Below are positions 1-11,615 of a stretch of 64,000 nucleotides of DNA, in pieces (positions within the stretch are counted from its first letter, which is position 1; each line of letters starts with the position of its first letter). The stretch comes from Octopus vulgaris (Eukaryota). Made by a program: the position numbers and the translations under genes. The notes beneath the pieces were generated by a model. It saw only the letters and a program-made list of their open reading frames with translations, searched no databases and was not told the DNA's origin. The DNA lies in the NCBI GenBank assembly GCA_951406725.2, contig OX597826.1, forward strand, positions 37,696,001-37,760,000, in the 5' to 3' direction.

Positions 1-218
1 AACCATAATCCTTCTTCTTGACTCTAATTTCTTCAACTTTATATTCACACACAATTAACGCCCAAATTTCAACTTGGAAGCATACAATAATACTTCGGAT
101 AGTACTGGGTAATTCTGAAGGTAGACGAGCTTTATACTATATTCTACCACATTCCTAACTGAAAATAACATAACTATAAATGGGGGTGAGCATGCATGTA
201 TGTATCTACATACGCTTT

Positions 219-261
<43 letters not shown>

Positions 262-409
262 CATATTGTTCAATGTCTAGCGAATCTTCCGCCTCACCTC
301 TCCAAGTGTGTGATGTGTCTGTATGCTTGTATTTTTGTATGTGCCTATGTGTTTGTGTGCTTATGTGTGTGTACATAAAGCGACAAGTAGATACATTGCA
401 AGATCGATC

Positions 410-506
<97 letters not shown>
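410..506. repeat. (GATA)n microsatellite, representative of many (TA)n, (CA)n, (TACA)n, (GATA)n and (ATT)n tracts across the window
   Basis: Directly visible. Confidence 0.97.
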
Positions 507-1063
507 GTGACAAAATTATCAACTCGGTATGGTCATAAATTTGTATCTAGAAAACCTATGTAATATGACTACTAAAGATATCTTTAGATTCTGTGTTAAT
601 ATTTCTTGTGGTTAAACCAAAACATCTTCAATAACTGGGAACCAGGATGGTTCCAATTGTTTTGTCTTTGTTAAAAATTATCAGGGATTGCTTATGTCAA
701 CTGCTGCTATGAAGCTTATTGTGAATCATTTCAATAGACTCATTTACTCATAACCATGTTGTGATGATTACTTTAATTATTAAAGCCCGACAATCAATTC
801 TATATCATGTACATATATTTACGCAATATGAAAATTTCTTGACGTTCTTTTTAAAATATGATTTTTTTCACTTAGGCGGTTGAAAAGTGAAGTTGGTGAT
901 CTGTGGTAAATGGTATTCAACAGGAAACTTACAGAATGATTTTCACTCTCGGTTGATGAAATCATTGTGGTTTATGAACAGATTGTATTTTCATAGTATT
1001 TTCATATTGTATAAAAGATTTCGTATGTAATTTCAGTGGGTATATACATTCATACACACATAC

Positions 1064-1131
<68 letters not shown>

Positions 1132-1146
1132 GTGTGGCTGTGTCTG

Positions 1147-1214
<68 letters not shown>

Positions 1215-1361
1215 CAAGACTACAACTACTGCTTTTATATATATACCGGAATAAGCACATAAATAAGCACAGAATTTCATGCTCCCGTTTGTCGTCCGAG
1301 TAACAGTTTTCGGTATTTCTGCTGTTTTTTAATAAAGTATATATATACATATATATATATG

Positions 1362-1570
1362 ACAATACCGCAGTATCGACCAGTGTTCGAATGACGCCGT
1401 CACGCTGGCAACGCAGGAAAACCAACATTCCCTCTGGACTGGAGCACTATGGAATGAAGTGTTTTGCTGAAGAACCCAACGTGCAGCTGGTTTGGATATA
1501 GAAGTCCTGATCTCGCAATCGCGAGTGCATCATCCTCACCGCAAGGCTCGAGTCCACGCGCCTTCAGTTT
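1362..1570 (-). mobile_element. Degenerate tRNA-derived SINE (family D, CORE-like)
   Basis: Minus strand has gttcttcagcaaaacacttcattcca..gctccagtcca, shared with the copies at 6213, 31720 and 48812. Confidence 0.55.
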
Positions 1571-1838
1571 GTGCATGTGTGTATGTGTGTGTGTGCGTGT
1601 GTGGTGGGGCTGATGAGGTGTAAGAATCTTCAAAATATCAGACACTTAGCACCATTTTTTCTGGCATTCGACTTTCCGAGTTCCTGTTCCGTTGATGTCG
1701 ACTTTACATTTCATCTTGTTGGTGTCGATAAAATAAAGTGCCACCCAAGTATTAAGCCGCATGTAATCGACTTCCCTAACCAGGTCATACTCTAATTATT
1801 GTTATTAGTATTATCATTATTATCATTATTATTATTAC

Positions 1839-1884
<46 letters not shown>

Positions 1885-1950
1885 TATTATTTTATTGTTA
1901 TGATCATTATTATTATTATGTTATTATCATTATTATCATTATTATTATTG

Positions 1951-1997
<47 letters not shown>

Positions 1998-3100
1998 TGT
2001 AATACTAGCTTTAAGATATCTTCATCATTGGCCACATTCACACACACATACATAGACACACATGTACAAGCGTACATGCATAAAAGACGGTGTGAATGAT
2101 TAAATCAGTTTTGATAATGATTAAAACTGTATTGAATAATTTAATAGCAACGCCCATGATGAGTTGCCTATTTTGCAGCGACGTGTAGCGTATTTGAAAA
2201 TAATGAGTAAATTTAGCGTGGAGATAAGCTTTCAAGGGGAAACAAATTCTCTTATTTGCTTCTAATACCCACTCCTAAACAGCTTGTTGACAAACGATCT
2301 CATTAAATGACGATTTATTGTTCTATAAAGGATACAGAGAAACTGTTGTTATAACTATTTATTAAGATCGATCTGTTGAAAGGCGTTTCAAAACTGGCAG
2401 GGAGGAAAGAAAATTAGCTACTTAACGCGGCGCGAAAGAGAAGTCAAAAAGATACTTAGATCACCTGACAGCTTTTGTCCCCAGTCATTAAAGTAAGATA
2501 GAACAGGTTTGTGATTAGCTTAAATAGAAAAGCTATGCTTAGAGATGGCGCTGGAATGCATTCCCATTAGATTAAATATCATCTGCTGATAGAAAATATA
2601 ATCGGTCTCATTTGAATGATTAATTATTTCCATCTCAATGTATTGCATGGAATTTCAACTGATATCACAATACTCTATGCTGTGTGCTTGAAGAAGCACA
2701 CTTACTCTTGTTTGTCTTCTCCTTAACTCTGGGATGGAATTTCAGGAAAATTCATTCAAAAGAGAAATGGTTTCGTTGATGCAATATCGGTAAACTGCCT
2801 CAGTTTGTTTCCTTGAGTAAATAATGTACTCAAGGTAAAGTGTTGAATTGGAAAAAGGGGTATATTTATAAGCTGCATTTTGTCTAATTTAGAAATTGGC
2901 TGATAGTTTATCCGACTGCAGGAAACATGTGTGTATATACACTCACGCATATATATATATCATATATATATACATATATATATATTGATAAAAGGTGGGT
3001 TTTTTCTAATATTTTATATATATTATATTGTGTGGAATTTGGTTTAGTATTTCTAAAGTGAATTCTTTTTCCTTGTAAGTTTGGATTTTATTCCCTCAAA

Positions 3101-3131
<31 letters not shown>

Positions 3132-3465
3132 GCAAAAGTAGGTATAGAATTATGAAAAAAGAAAACACATACAATACTCATTTATTTTTATCAAAAAAAA
3201 TTAAGTTACGATAAAAGTATTGATATATGCATTTTTACAGAAAATATCAAAAATGAGGCTAATTTAATGTGCTAATAATTCTAATCAATTAAATATTATA
3301 ACATTGATGTGATACTTCCTGGTTACCTACTCTCCCCTATATATATATATATGTATATATATATATAACGGGAAGCTTTATGAAAATAAACAAAAGACGA
3401 AGGCAGGTGGAAAACAAACGAACAATTGTATTATTATGGCGCTCAGGAAATATAAATAAAACAAG

Positions 3466-3503
3466 TCTTTAACGTTTCGAGCCTACGCTCTTCAACAGAA
3501 AGA
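3466..3503 (-). ncRNA. Minimal type I hammerhead ribozyme motif (variant core) in the PLE 3' end
   Basis: Minus strand reads UCUUU-CUGUUGA-A-GAGC(GUAG)GCUC-GAAACGUU-AAAGA: stem I UCUUU/AAAGA, stem II GAGC/GCUC, palindromic AACGUU stem III. Confidence 0.75.
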
Positions 3504-3675
3504 TACACAGAGAGAGAAAAACACAGAAAGAAGGAGAGAAAAAATGCGTGCAGTAGCTAACGAATCAACATGGCGATCTGATTTCGGCCAGAGGTCAAAG
3601 ATCAAACATGAGACGCGAGAGCGAAATAAGGGGAGATAATAGGGTTGATAAAAGGGTTGAGGGACCAGCTAAAAG

Positions 3676-4010
3676 TGCGTGGGAGGGGTCTGGATGTGTG
3701 TATGTATAGGGTTGGTGTATGTATTAGTATGTATAAGGGTGTGTGTGTGTGTGTGTGTGTGTATGAGAGAGTATTAGTGCGTAAGATTGGTCTGGACGTG
3801 CGTATGTATGGGGTTGGTGTATGTATTAGTATGTATTAGTATGTATTAGTACGTATTGGTATGTATAGGTGTGTGTGTGTGTGAGAGAGAGAGTATAAGT
3901 GCGTATGCGGGGTCTGGACGTGTGTATGTATAGGGTTGGTGTAAGTATTAGTATGTACTGGTATGTATTAGTACGTATTAGTATGTATTAGTTGGTGTGT
4001 GTATTAGTAT
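3676..4010. repeat. About three imperfect ~100-120 bp tandem units in the PLE 3' UTR
   Basis: gtgcgt..ggtctggaYgtgYgtatgtatRgggttggtgta..tattagtatgta recurs at ~3676, ~3777 and ~3899. Confidence 0.75.
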
Positions 4011-4040
4011 GGCACATCATATGTGATGTGATGTGTAAAG

Positions 4041-5927
4041 TCATGTGGTGTAGTGAGGAGAAGAGGGGGAGGGGGAGAAGAGGGGGAGAGAAGGCGAGGG
4101 GAAGAAGAGGGGGAGGAGAAGGGGGAAGAGGAGAGGATGGGGGAGAAGGAAGGGGAGGAGGGGGATGAAGGAGGAAAGAGGGAGAGGGGGAGAGAGGGAG
4201 TGAGGGAGCAGAGGGAAGGGGAAGAGGGAGGGAGAAAGAGGGAAGAAGGGAAGGGGAGTAGGGGTGAAAGGATGAAGGACTGTAGAAGTAGGGGTCGGGG
4301 GGAGAAAGGATAGGTGAGGAGGGGGGAGAGGGGGGTTAGATGAGGAGGGGGGAGAGTTGAGACCAAATGGCGTATAAGAGCGAAGAGAGAAGATTAATTC
4401 CTGTTCACGGCGCAAACGGGAATCCGGATGGCCTCTGTGTAAGGACAAACCGAACACAGATAGGTGTTGCAAGGAGTGACCGGTGGAGCGGAATTGGCGT
4501 GAGACCGGTGTGTCGTTCGCAAGGTGGATGTCACGAAGGTGTTCCGCGAACCGGTCAGCCAAGCGGCGTCCCGCTTGTCCGATATACAAGGAATTGCAGA
4601 GAGAGCAAGAGATGCAATAGATAATATTGCTGGAGGTGCAGGTGAAGGAGTGGATGATGGGATAGGGTCGATGGTGGGTGCTAGTGAGGCGGGTGGTGTT
4701 GGAGAGGTAAGGGCAAGTGCGGCAACGTGGGCGGGAGCAGGGGAACGAGCCGGGTTGGGAGGTAGGGTCAGGGAAGGAGCTATGGACCAAAAGGTCTCGA
4801 AGGTTGTGGGCTCGTTTGGAAGAGGGGAGGGGTCGGTTAGGGAAGAGGTGTGAAGTGGACGGGTCGGACTGGAGATGACGGAAAGCTCGAAGAATGGTGC
4901 GTTGGAGACGTAGGGTCGTGGGGTGGTAAGTGAGGGGAAAAGGGAGGCGGGAGACTACAGGGCGGGTTCGGGGAGAGAGAGCAGATACACGGTCCACGGA
5001 CCGTGCTCTGGCAAGGGCGGTGTGGATAGTGGTGAGGGGGTATCCACGTAGGGTGAAGTGGTGAGCCATACGTTGAGACTGAGTCTCAAAGTCATGGTCG
5101 TCACTACAGAGCCTACGTAGACGGAGGAATTGGGAATAGGGGATGGAAAGCTTGGTGTGTTCTGGGTGGGAGGAAGAGAAGTTGAGGTATGAGTGTGAGT
5201 CTGTGTGTTTGTAGTGAATGGAGGTGGTAAGAGTGGAGTGAAGAATGCTAACCGAAATGTCGAGGAAGGAGACAGAGGTGTTGGAGATAGTGGAAGTGAA
5301 GTGGAGGGCTGGATGGAAAGATTGGACGAAAGAGAGGAAGGAATCTAGATGTTCGCGGGAGAGTGAGGTGGCACCGATAATGTCGTCAATATAACGACCA
5401 TATAGTTCAGGAGTGGGACCAGTGAAATTAGAGAATATTTGGGCCTCAACATAGCCAACGAACAGGTTCGCATAGTTGGGGCCCATTCGCGTTCCCATGG
5501 CCACTCCCGAGACCTGATGGTAGAAATCGCCCGCGAACGAGAAGCAGTTCAGAGTAAGGACAAGTTCGGCCAGACGAATGAGTGTGGAGGTGTCAGGTAC
5601 AGGGTTAGAGCGGAGGTCAAGAAAGTGTCGAAGGGCCTGCAGTCCTTCGTGGTGAGGGATAACAGTATAGAGGCTTTGGATGTCCATAGTAAAAAGGATT
5701 TTGGAGGAGCCGGGAGGAAAGGAGAAAGAGTTGAAAAGCCGGAGAGCATGGTTGGTATCGTGGATGTGGGAGGGAAGAGATGCCACTAGGGGGGCAAGGA
5801 CACGGTCGAGGTATTTAGAGATGAGCTCCGTGGGGCAGTTACAGGCGGAGACGATGGGGCGGCCAGGGTTGTTGGGTTTGTGGATTTTGGGGAGGAAGTA
5901 AATGGTGGGGGTACGTGGGGTTCGCAC
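4041..5927 (-). CDS. PLE reverse transcriptase + GIY-YIG endonuclease (main frame)
   Basis: RT motifs YFLPKIHKP, GRPIVS, FTMDIQSLYT, GVAMGTRMGPNYANLF, YGRYIDD, FLDI, HYKHTD. Cys linker CSRPRCRTC. GIY-YIG NIIYCISCSLCNSLYIGQ..RFAEH and terminal EQELIFSL..PFGLN, followed by a low-complexity tail. Confidence 0.93.
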   Translation of the reverse strand: MRTPRTPTIYFLPKIHKPNNPGRPIVSACNCPTELISKYLDRVLAPLVASLPSHIHDTNHALRLFNSFSFPPGSSKILFTMDIQSLYTVIPHHEGLQALRHFLDLRSNPVPDTSTLIRLAELVLTLNCFSFAGDFYHQVSGVAMGTRMGPNYANLFVGYVEAQIFSNFTGPTPELYGRYIDDIIGATSLSREHLDSFLSFVQSFHPALHFTSTISNTSVSFLDISVSILHSTLTTSIHYKHTDSHSYLNFSSSHPEHTKLSIPYSQFLRLRRLCSDDHDFETQSQRMAHHFTLRGYPLTTIHTALARARSVDRVSALSPRTRPVVSRLPFPLTYHPTTLRLQRTILRAFRHLQSDPSTSHLFPNRPLPSSKRAHNLRDLLVHSSFPDPTSQPGSFPCSRPRCRTCPYLSNTTRLTSTHHRPYPIIHSFTCTSSNIIYCISCSLCNSLYIGQAGRRLADRFAEHLRDIHLANDTPVSRQFRSTGHSLQHLSVFGLSLHRGHPDSRLRREQELIFSLRSYTPFGLNSPPSSSNPPLPPPHLSFLPPTPTSTVLHPFTPTPLPFFPLSPSLFPFPLLPHSLSPPLPLSSFIPLLPFLLPHPLLFPLLLPLFFPSPSLPLFSPSPSSPHYTT

Positions 5928-5929
5928 AA

Positions 5930-6202
5930 TTAGGTTGGATGCGGTGCGGGGGATAGACGGGAGGACGAGATGAGGTCTTGGACAGTAGAGGATACCGTCT
6001 GTTGGTAGCTACGTGTGGGGTTAGAGGGCAGAGGGGAATAGAAGGAGGTGTCATTGAGTTGGCGGAAAGCCTCGGCCCTATAGAGGTCCGCGCGCCACAC
6101 CACTACAGCTCCACCCTTGTCAGCCGGTTTGATGATAATGTCAGCGCGCCGTTGGAGGGAACGAAGAGCCAAGAGCTCAGCCGGGGAGATGTTGAGGCGG
6201 CG
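5930..6202 (-). pseudogene. Upstream, frameshifted part of the same PLE ORF
   Basis: ALRSLQRRADIIIKPADKGGAVVVW is the conserved PLE pre-RT motif. It joins the main frame (TASNLIVRTPRTP) if one base is added in the C5 run at ~5948-5952. Confidence 0.88.
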
Positions 6203-6212
6203 TTATATATAT

Positions 6213-6532
6213 ATGAGCGTCGAGCTTACGATCGTGAGGTTGTGAGCTCGAATCCCGGACCGGGCTGCGTGTTGTGTTCTTGAGCAAAACACTTTATTTC
6301 ACGTTGCTCCAGTTCACTCAGCTGTAGAAATGAGTTGCGGCGTCACTGGTGTCAAGCTGTATCGACCTCTGTCTTTCCCTTGGATAACACTGGTGGCGTG
6401 GAGAGGGGAGGCTGGTATGCATGGGCGACTGCTGGTCTTCCATAAACAACCTTGCCCGGACTTGTGTCTAGGAGGGTAACTTTCTAGGTGCAATCCCATG
6501 GTCATTCATGACCGAAGGGGGTCTTTACCCTT
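6213..6532 (+). mobile_element. tRNA-derived SINE (family D, CORE-like)
   Basis: B-box-like gagctcgaatccc, then ttgtgttcttgagcaaaacactttatttcacgttgctccagttcactcagctg; ends in tttaccctttat. Confidence 0.75.
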
Positions 6533-6653
6533 TATATATATGCACGTGCAGATATGCTAATCCAAACAGGAGAAATAGAACTCAAAATATGAGTATGTGT
6601 ATTTTGCTAAGTGCCAACACTCTGGAAACTTCAGTCTTGTTACTTCTGCTAAA

Positions 6654-6694
<41 letters not shown>

Positions 6695-6695
<1 letters not shown>

Positions 6696-7514
6696 AGTAC
6701 ATAATTCTTTAAATTTGGTACGACACTATAACACTGTCTCTCTCTCCCCCTTCGCCTACATTTCTCTGCCTTTCACACTTTGCACTCCCCTTTGATCTGT
6801 CTCTTTCTCTCTCTCTTTCTCTCTCTTCTCCTCCTCCTTTTCTCTTTTCTTGCCTCTGATTCTTTTGTCTCCTCTTCCCCCACTCTTTCACATTTCTCTG
6901 TCTTTCTCACTTTGCACCTCACTGATTCTGTCGCCAAGCCAATGCTTGTCACGCTCTCTGTCTTCTCCCCTCTTTAATTCCTTCTTTCTCTCTCTTCTCC
7001 CCTCTTTAGTGCCTGTGTCCCTCTTTTTCTCTCTCTCTTTGATTCCTTTGCCCCCTTTTTTCTCTCTCTTCTCCTCTCACGTGACCGCTGGTCAACCAGC
7101 CTTTCGGCTTCCGACCCCCGCCATGAGAACATCGTTTTCTTCGTCAGCCGAAAAAGGCATTTTTTCCAAAAAATACGCCAGCTTAACTAAGTTGTACTGT
7201 CTATAGTCGTAAGACACCCGCTGTTTTTGTCCTGTTATTACTATTATTGTTTTTTGTATTTATATTCGTGTGGCATCGTCCGTTTTTCTGTCTCTGTTTC
7301 GTATACATTCGATCCTTTTCCCAATAAATCTAATGCTCGTAGCTTAGTTTTTCCTTGGGGCTGGCCGGATCGGAGCGATCCCAAGATGAATCAGTCGAAA
7401 TTGCGACGATGATCTGGTTCTTGACTGAAGATTGAAGGCTTCGAATGTCCCGTCCGTGGTTTTTGTATCGTCTTCTAAATGTTTTGCGTTCTTGTCCCAG
7501 TTTGTATTTTTTTA
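6695..7514 (+). mobile_element. Unclassified retroelement 3' region (PLE-like UTR/pseudo-LTR) ending at a microsatellite
   Basis: CT-rich tract followed by a ~210 bp terminus that recurs inverted at 7611-7824; microsatellites on both sides. Confidence 0.5.
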
Positions 7515-7541
7515 CATATACATACATATATATATACATAC

Positions 7542-7610
<69 letters not shown>

Positions 7611-7615
<5 letters not shown>

Positions 7616-7824
7616 GTAAAAAATATACAAGAACGTGAAACACCTAGAAGACGACACAAGAAACACAGGACGGGACATTCGAAGCCCTCAATCATCAGTC
7701 AAGAACCGGATCATCTTCGCAATTTCGGCTGATTAATCTTGAGATTGCTCCGATCTGGGCAGCCCCCATGGGAAATCTAAGCCAAGCGCATTAGATCCCT
7801 TGGAAGAAAGCCTCGAATGTATAC
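7611..7824 (-). mobile_element. Second, inverted copy of the 7301-7514 terminus
   Basis: Reverse complement aligns to 7301-7514, e.g. gttcttgactgaWgattgaRggcttcgaatgtcccgtcc and gatcggagcRatcYcaagat. Confidence 0.8.
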
Positions 7825-7880
7825 AACACACATACATTCATACATACATACATACATACATACATACATACATACATACA

Positions 7881-7916
<36 letters not shown>

Positions 7917-7992
7917 TACATCTTTAAATCTATAAATTGTTTCACTTTAATGGTGTTCATGCTGGAGCACCACCACTCGTTATGCACCACCA

Positions 7993-9055
7993 TTATTTGA
8001 AACATTCTCTCATATGTGGCATTTGGTGAATGAGGGAGTTTGATGCTGCTGGACTAATCGTGTTGCCTGTCGTGAGGCAGAACCATCTCGAACCCTTGAC
8101 AGGGGGAAACCCAGTTTTGTTGTGAAGACACTTACATCCACACCATAGAGGTCTCTCAGGCATTTTGGAAGGATATTGAAGAGTTGTGGGCCCTTGAAGC
8201 CCAAGCTGTTGCAGTATTTGGTCCTGTATTTGGATGGTGATGCTGGGATCTTTGCCACTATGCAGGGGCAATATCGGCAATATCGTTCAGCTGTTTGTGT
8301 AACTTTCAAATACCAGAGTTTGGTACAATACCTTCCAGGATTTTCCAAATTTATATCACTGCATATCTTTGCTGCCTTCGTTCCAAGGAGAACAGTTTTA
8401 ATTCTTACAGTCTTTCCCAGTAGCCAATACATTGCATTGAGACGATTGTCTTTGTGTAGCTTCGTTGTATTGCTTCGAGTTCCGCCGTTAATTTTATACT
8501 GTGTGGTGACTATGGTTGGGAGTAGTAGTCCAATCGGTTGAGGATGTATGCCGTCCAAAGACCATCATTGTCTCATTTTCTCTTGTTTTGAAAGTTCTGA
8601 GGAGTTATCCAGTTAGCCGTCTACATTTTATTACCGAATTAGTAATATACACCTGGGAAAATGCGTGATTGCTCATGTCAATACCCAGGTCAGGCACTAA
8701 TTTTGATTCAGGGATTGCAGTTCCTCCCGGGTCAGTGTATCCTATCTGCACGTCGTACAGCTTTGTGTGCTGGTGGCGCAGGGCTTGGAATTCTCCTGCA
8801 AAAAAAACTGCTTGTTGTTATCCTCAACACACCTGTATGTTGCGTTCAACTCAAGTTGCAGATGCACATTTCCAGGTTTTTGTATTGTCTGAGATGCTTT
8901 TGTGTCACCTACATAGCTAGCAAAGTTGGCCATCTGAGCAGCTGAAAACCTGTCCGAGTGAGTTACTATGAATGGCAGTGGCCTTAAGAGAGTGCCCTGT
9001 GGAACACCACTTGTTATTTGTGTTTCCTTCGATGTGGCTCCGTTGGCCACCACTG
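7993..9055 (-). mobile_element. Degenerate CR1/L2-group LINE, RT C-terminal fragment
   Basis: TSGVPQGTLLRP, a decayed YADD box (SYVGDTK) and C-terminal NSLGFKGPQLFNILPKCLRD, spread over several frames. Confidence 0.85.
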
Positions 9056-9094
9056 CCTGACGTATATCTTTTAGAAAGTCGTGCAGCCACTCTG

Positions 9095-9125
<31 letters not shown>

Positions 9126-9780
9126 TGTTGTTGTTATCTTTGTTGCGGTTGCTGTTATTGTTCATATCCTTGTTGTAGTCGCCGTTGGTGTGTATGTTCG
9201 TGTAAGCCTCCAATCACATTTTATGGTGTAAACCATTCTTCATGGTCCAAGCTCCTACTTATTGCTCTCCGGTTGAATCTTTGAATCTAGAGTCGTCCCC
9301 CAGCATCAACAGCCGTACGGAAGTATAAGGGACAGTGAGCAGAGTGGACAAGAGACAGTGAGTGGTGTCTGGAGAAAGAGAAAAACGTCTCCTGCCACCA
9401 AACTGCATCTCGTCCAACTGATACATCATAATATACACCATGGCCAACAAAAGGTGCAAGCAGGATAAATCTGGGTCAATAGACATCTGGGTCACACTTC
9501 GGTCGATTAGCTACCGATTCGATCAATAAATACTTCCAATTATGTCTGGCCTGGAGATATTCCGCAAAAACATTCCCGTCTGTTGTCCGATTGTTGCCGC
9601 TAATTTCAACATCAACAGCAAACGATACATTCGTATGTGTGACTGCATATATATTATGTGCGTGATTGCACGTGCATAATGTGTGACTGTGCCGCTGTGT
9701 GATTGCACGCGTATACTTGAATGTGTGTGCATAATTGTCTGCGAGAGCATTAGTATCCCGAGTCTGTTTGCCTATGTGTG

Positions 9781-9818
<38 letters not shown>

Positions 9819-10111
9819 TTTATGTGTGTGTGAACGTGTGTGTATGTGTAAGTAAATGTTTGTGTGTGTGTATATATGAGTATATATGGAATGTGCGTGT
9901 TTGTATGCGTGTGTGATAATTATATCAGGTAAAATAATAAGCGTTTCAAGGATCATGGTGATTCCGTGGCAAGAAGTTTTAACAAATAAAACTGCATGAA
10001 ACGTGACCCAAGTTCCTATTTGGTTTTCAATTATTTACGCACGGCAACACACACCCACACACGCCCACACACACATCACTCTCTCCCCACCAACATCTCT
10101 TTCGCTTTTCT

Positions 10112-10146
<35 letters not shown>

Positions 10147-10631
10147 TATAATATCATGCAAATACACAAACACAGAAACACACAACCACACAGTCCCTTA
10201 CCGCACATAACATAAACACAATCACAACATCATATAGACGGTATCACACAAACCTGCACGGACTGCCTTCGGTGAACGCAGTCGTACAATAAATCACGTC
10301 ACACACCCACATACTAACACCCACATAAATACACATCTTCACACAAACACAATACGACATGCATGGTAAACTTCACTCATTATCATACACAACCACAAAT
10401 AAACACAAACATACTATCACCCACTATCACACACACACACACACACACATAGAGCCAAATAGAAATGCAAACTCGTACAAAGACAAATAAAGCGGCCACA
10501 CGAGAACACAAACCCCTAATATATGATGCCATGAAACAAATATACACAACACAGTGTCTCACACGAACACATAACCATATGTGCATGCGCACACACGCAT
10601 ACACACGCACACGCACACGCATTCATAGCTT

Positions 10632-10670
<39 letters not shown>

Positions 10671-10998
10671 ACAAGCGCTAATTCATTCTCACAAACATAT
10701 ACAGACTCCATTTGAACTCTTCAAGTCGTTACACCACACACAAATACACGTAACCTCACACTCACGCACACTTCCAGTTCTTATTAGCAATGTTGAATGT
10801 TGATCCTTTGTGGAAAATTCGAATGATAAGCAAGCTATATAAATTTAAATGTAATCTGTATATATAACATATAAACACGCTATATAAATATAAGTACATT
10901 TTATAAATAAATGTGTGTGCGCGCGTGCGTGCGTACACATACACGTACTTATACATATACTTATACTTATACATATACATATATATATATATATATAT

Positions 10999-11615
10999 GT
11001 ACCACCGGGCGGCACGTTTTAATAAATAATGTATTAAAGCTGTGATGGCAATAGAAATAGTCTTAACGTTTCAACTGTCTGTTCTTCATCACAAAAAGAG
11101 AAAAGCACAATGGGAAGTGAGAAAGGCAAACAGTCACTGAGATAATAAAGAACTAGGATGGGTTAGGGGGTAGGAGCAAATGGCAATGCAGTCTCATGGG
11201 TAGGAGTTTAGAAGAGATGTAGGGTAGGTGTATATGTGCAACTACAAGTTTGTATCCATGCTGGGGATGGGCTTATAGAGGGTTAGTGGAAGTTTATAAG
11301 TGTAAAATTGTGCAAGTAAGAAGTGTTTTTCTTTTTTTTATGTGTTCGTAATCATTAAGTATGAGAGAGAAAATTGTGGACATAAGGGTGTTGGAACGGA
11401 CGCATGTGTGAGGTAGAAGGAAGCAAAGAGGAATGTAGCGAAGTGATAGAAGTTTGTGCAAGTGTTACTGTTAAATGGAAAGAAAGGGTGTAGTAAAAGA
11501 AGCATAAATGAAAGAAAAAGCGCAGGTTATAAGTGTCTGTGTCTGTGTGAGTACGTATGTGTGTACGTATATAAATCCCTTGTAGTTATTTATGAAGCCA
11601 GTAGATATGAAATAC
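10999..11615 (-). mobile_element. PLE-like 3' end with decayed hammerhead motif at 11061-11099
   Basis: Minus strand UUUU-GUGAUGA-A-GAAC AGACA GUU-GAAACGUU-AAGA lies ~60 nt from a (TA)n junction, the same layout as the PLE end at 3367-3503. Confidence 0.5.

Larger units (their letters stand above)
3367..6202 (-). mobile_element. Penelope-like retroelement (Neptune-type), 5'-truncated, with 3' UTR/pseudo-LTR end, inserted in (TA)n
   Basis: Minus-strand RT + GIY-YIG ORF. Coding similarity starts at ~6202 (NISPAELLALRSL..DIIIKPADKGG). Long CT/CA-rich 3' UTR with a hammerhead motif near its end. Both ends abut TA repeats. Confidence 0.93.

Noticed and set aside
4053-5901. Plus-strand ORFs overlapping the PLE
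   Set aside because: Antisense shadows of the GC-rich RT ORF and its purine tract.
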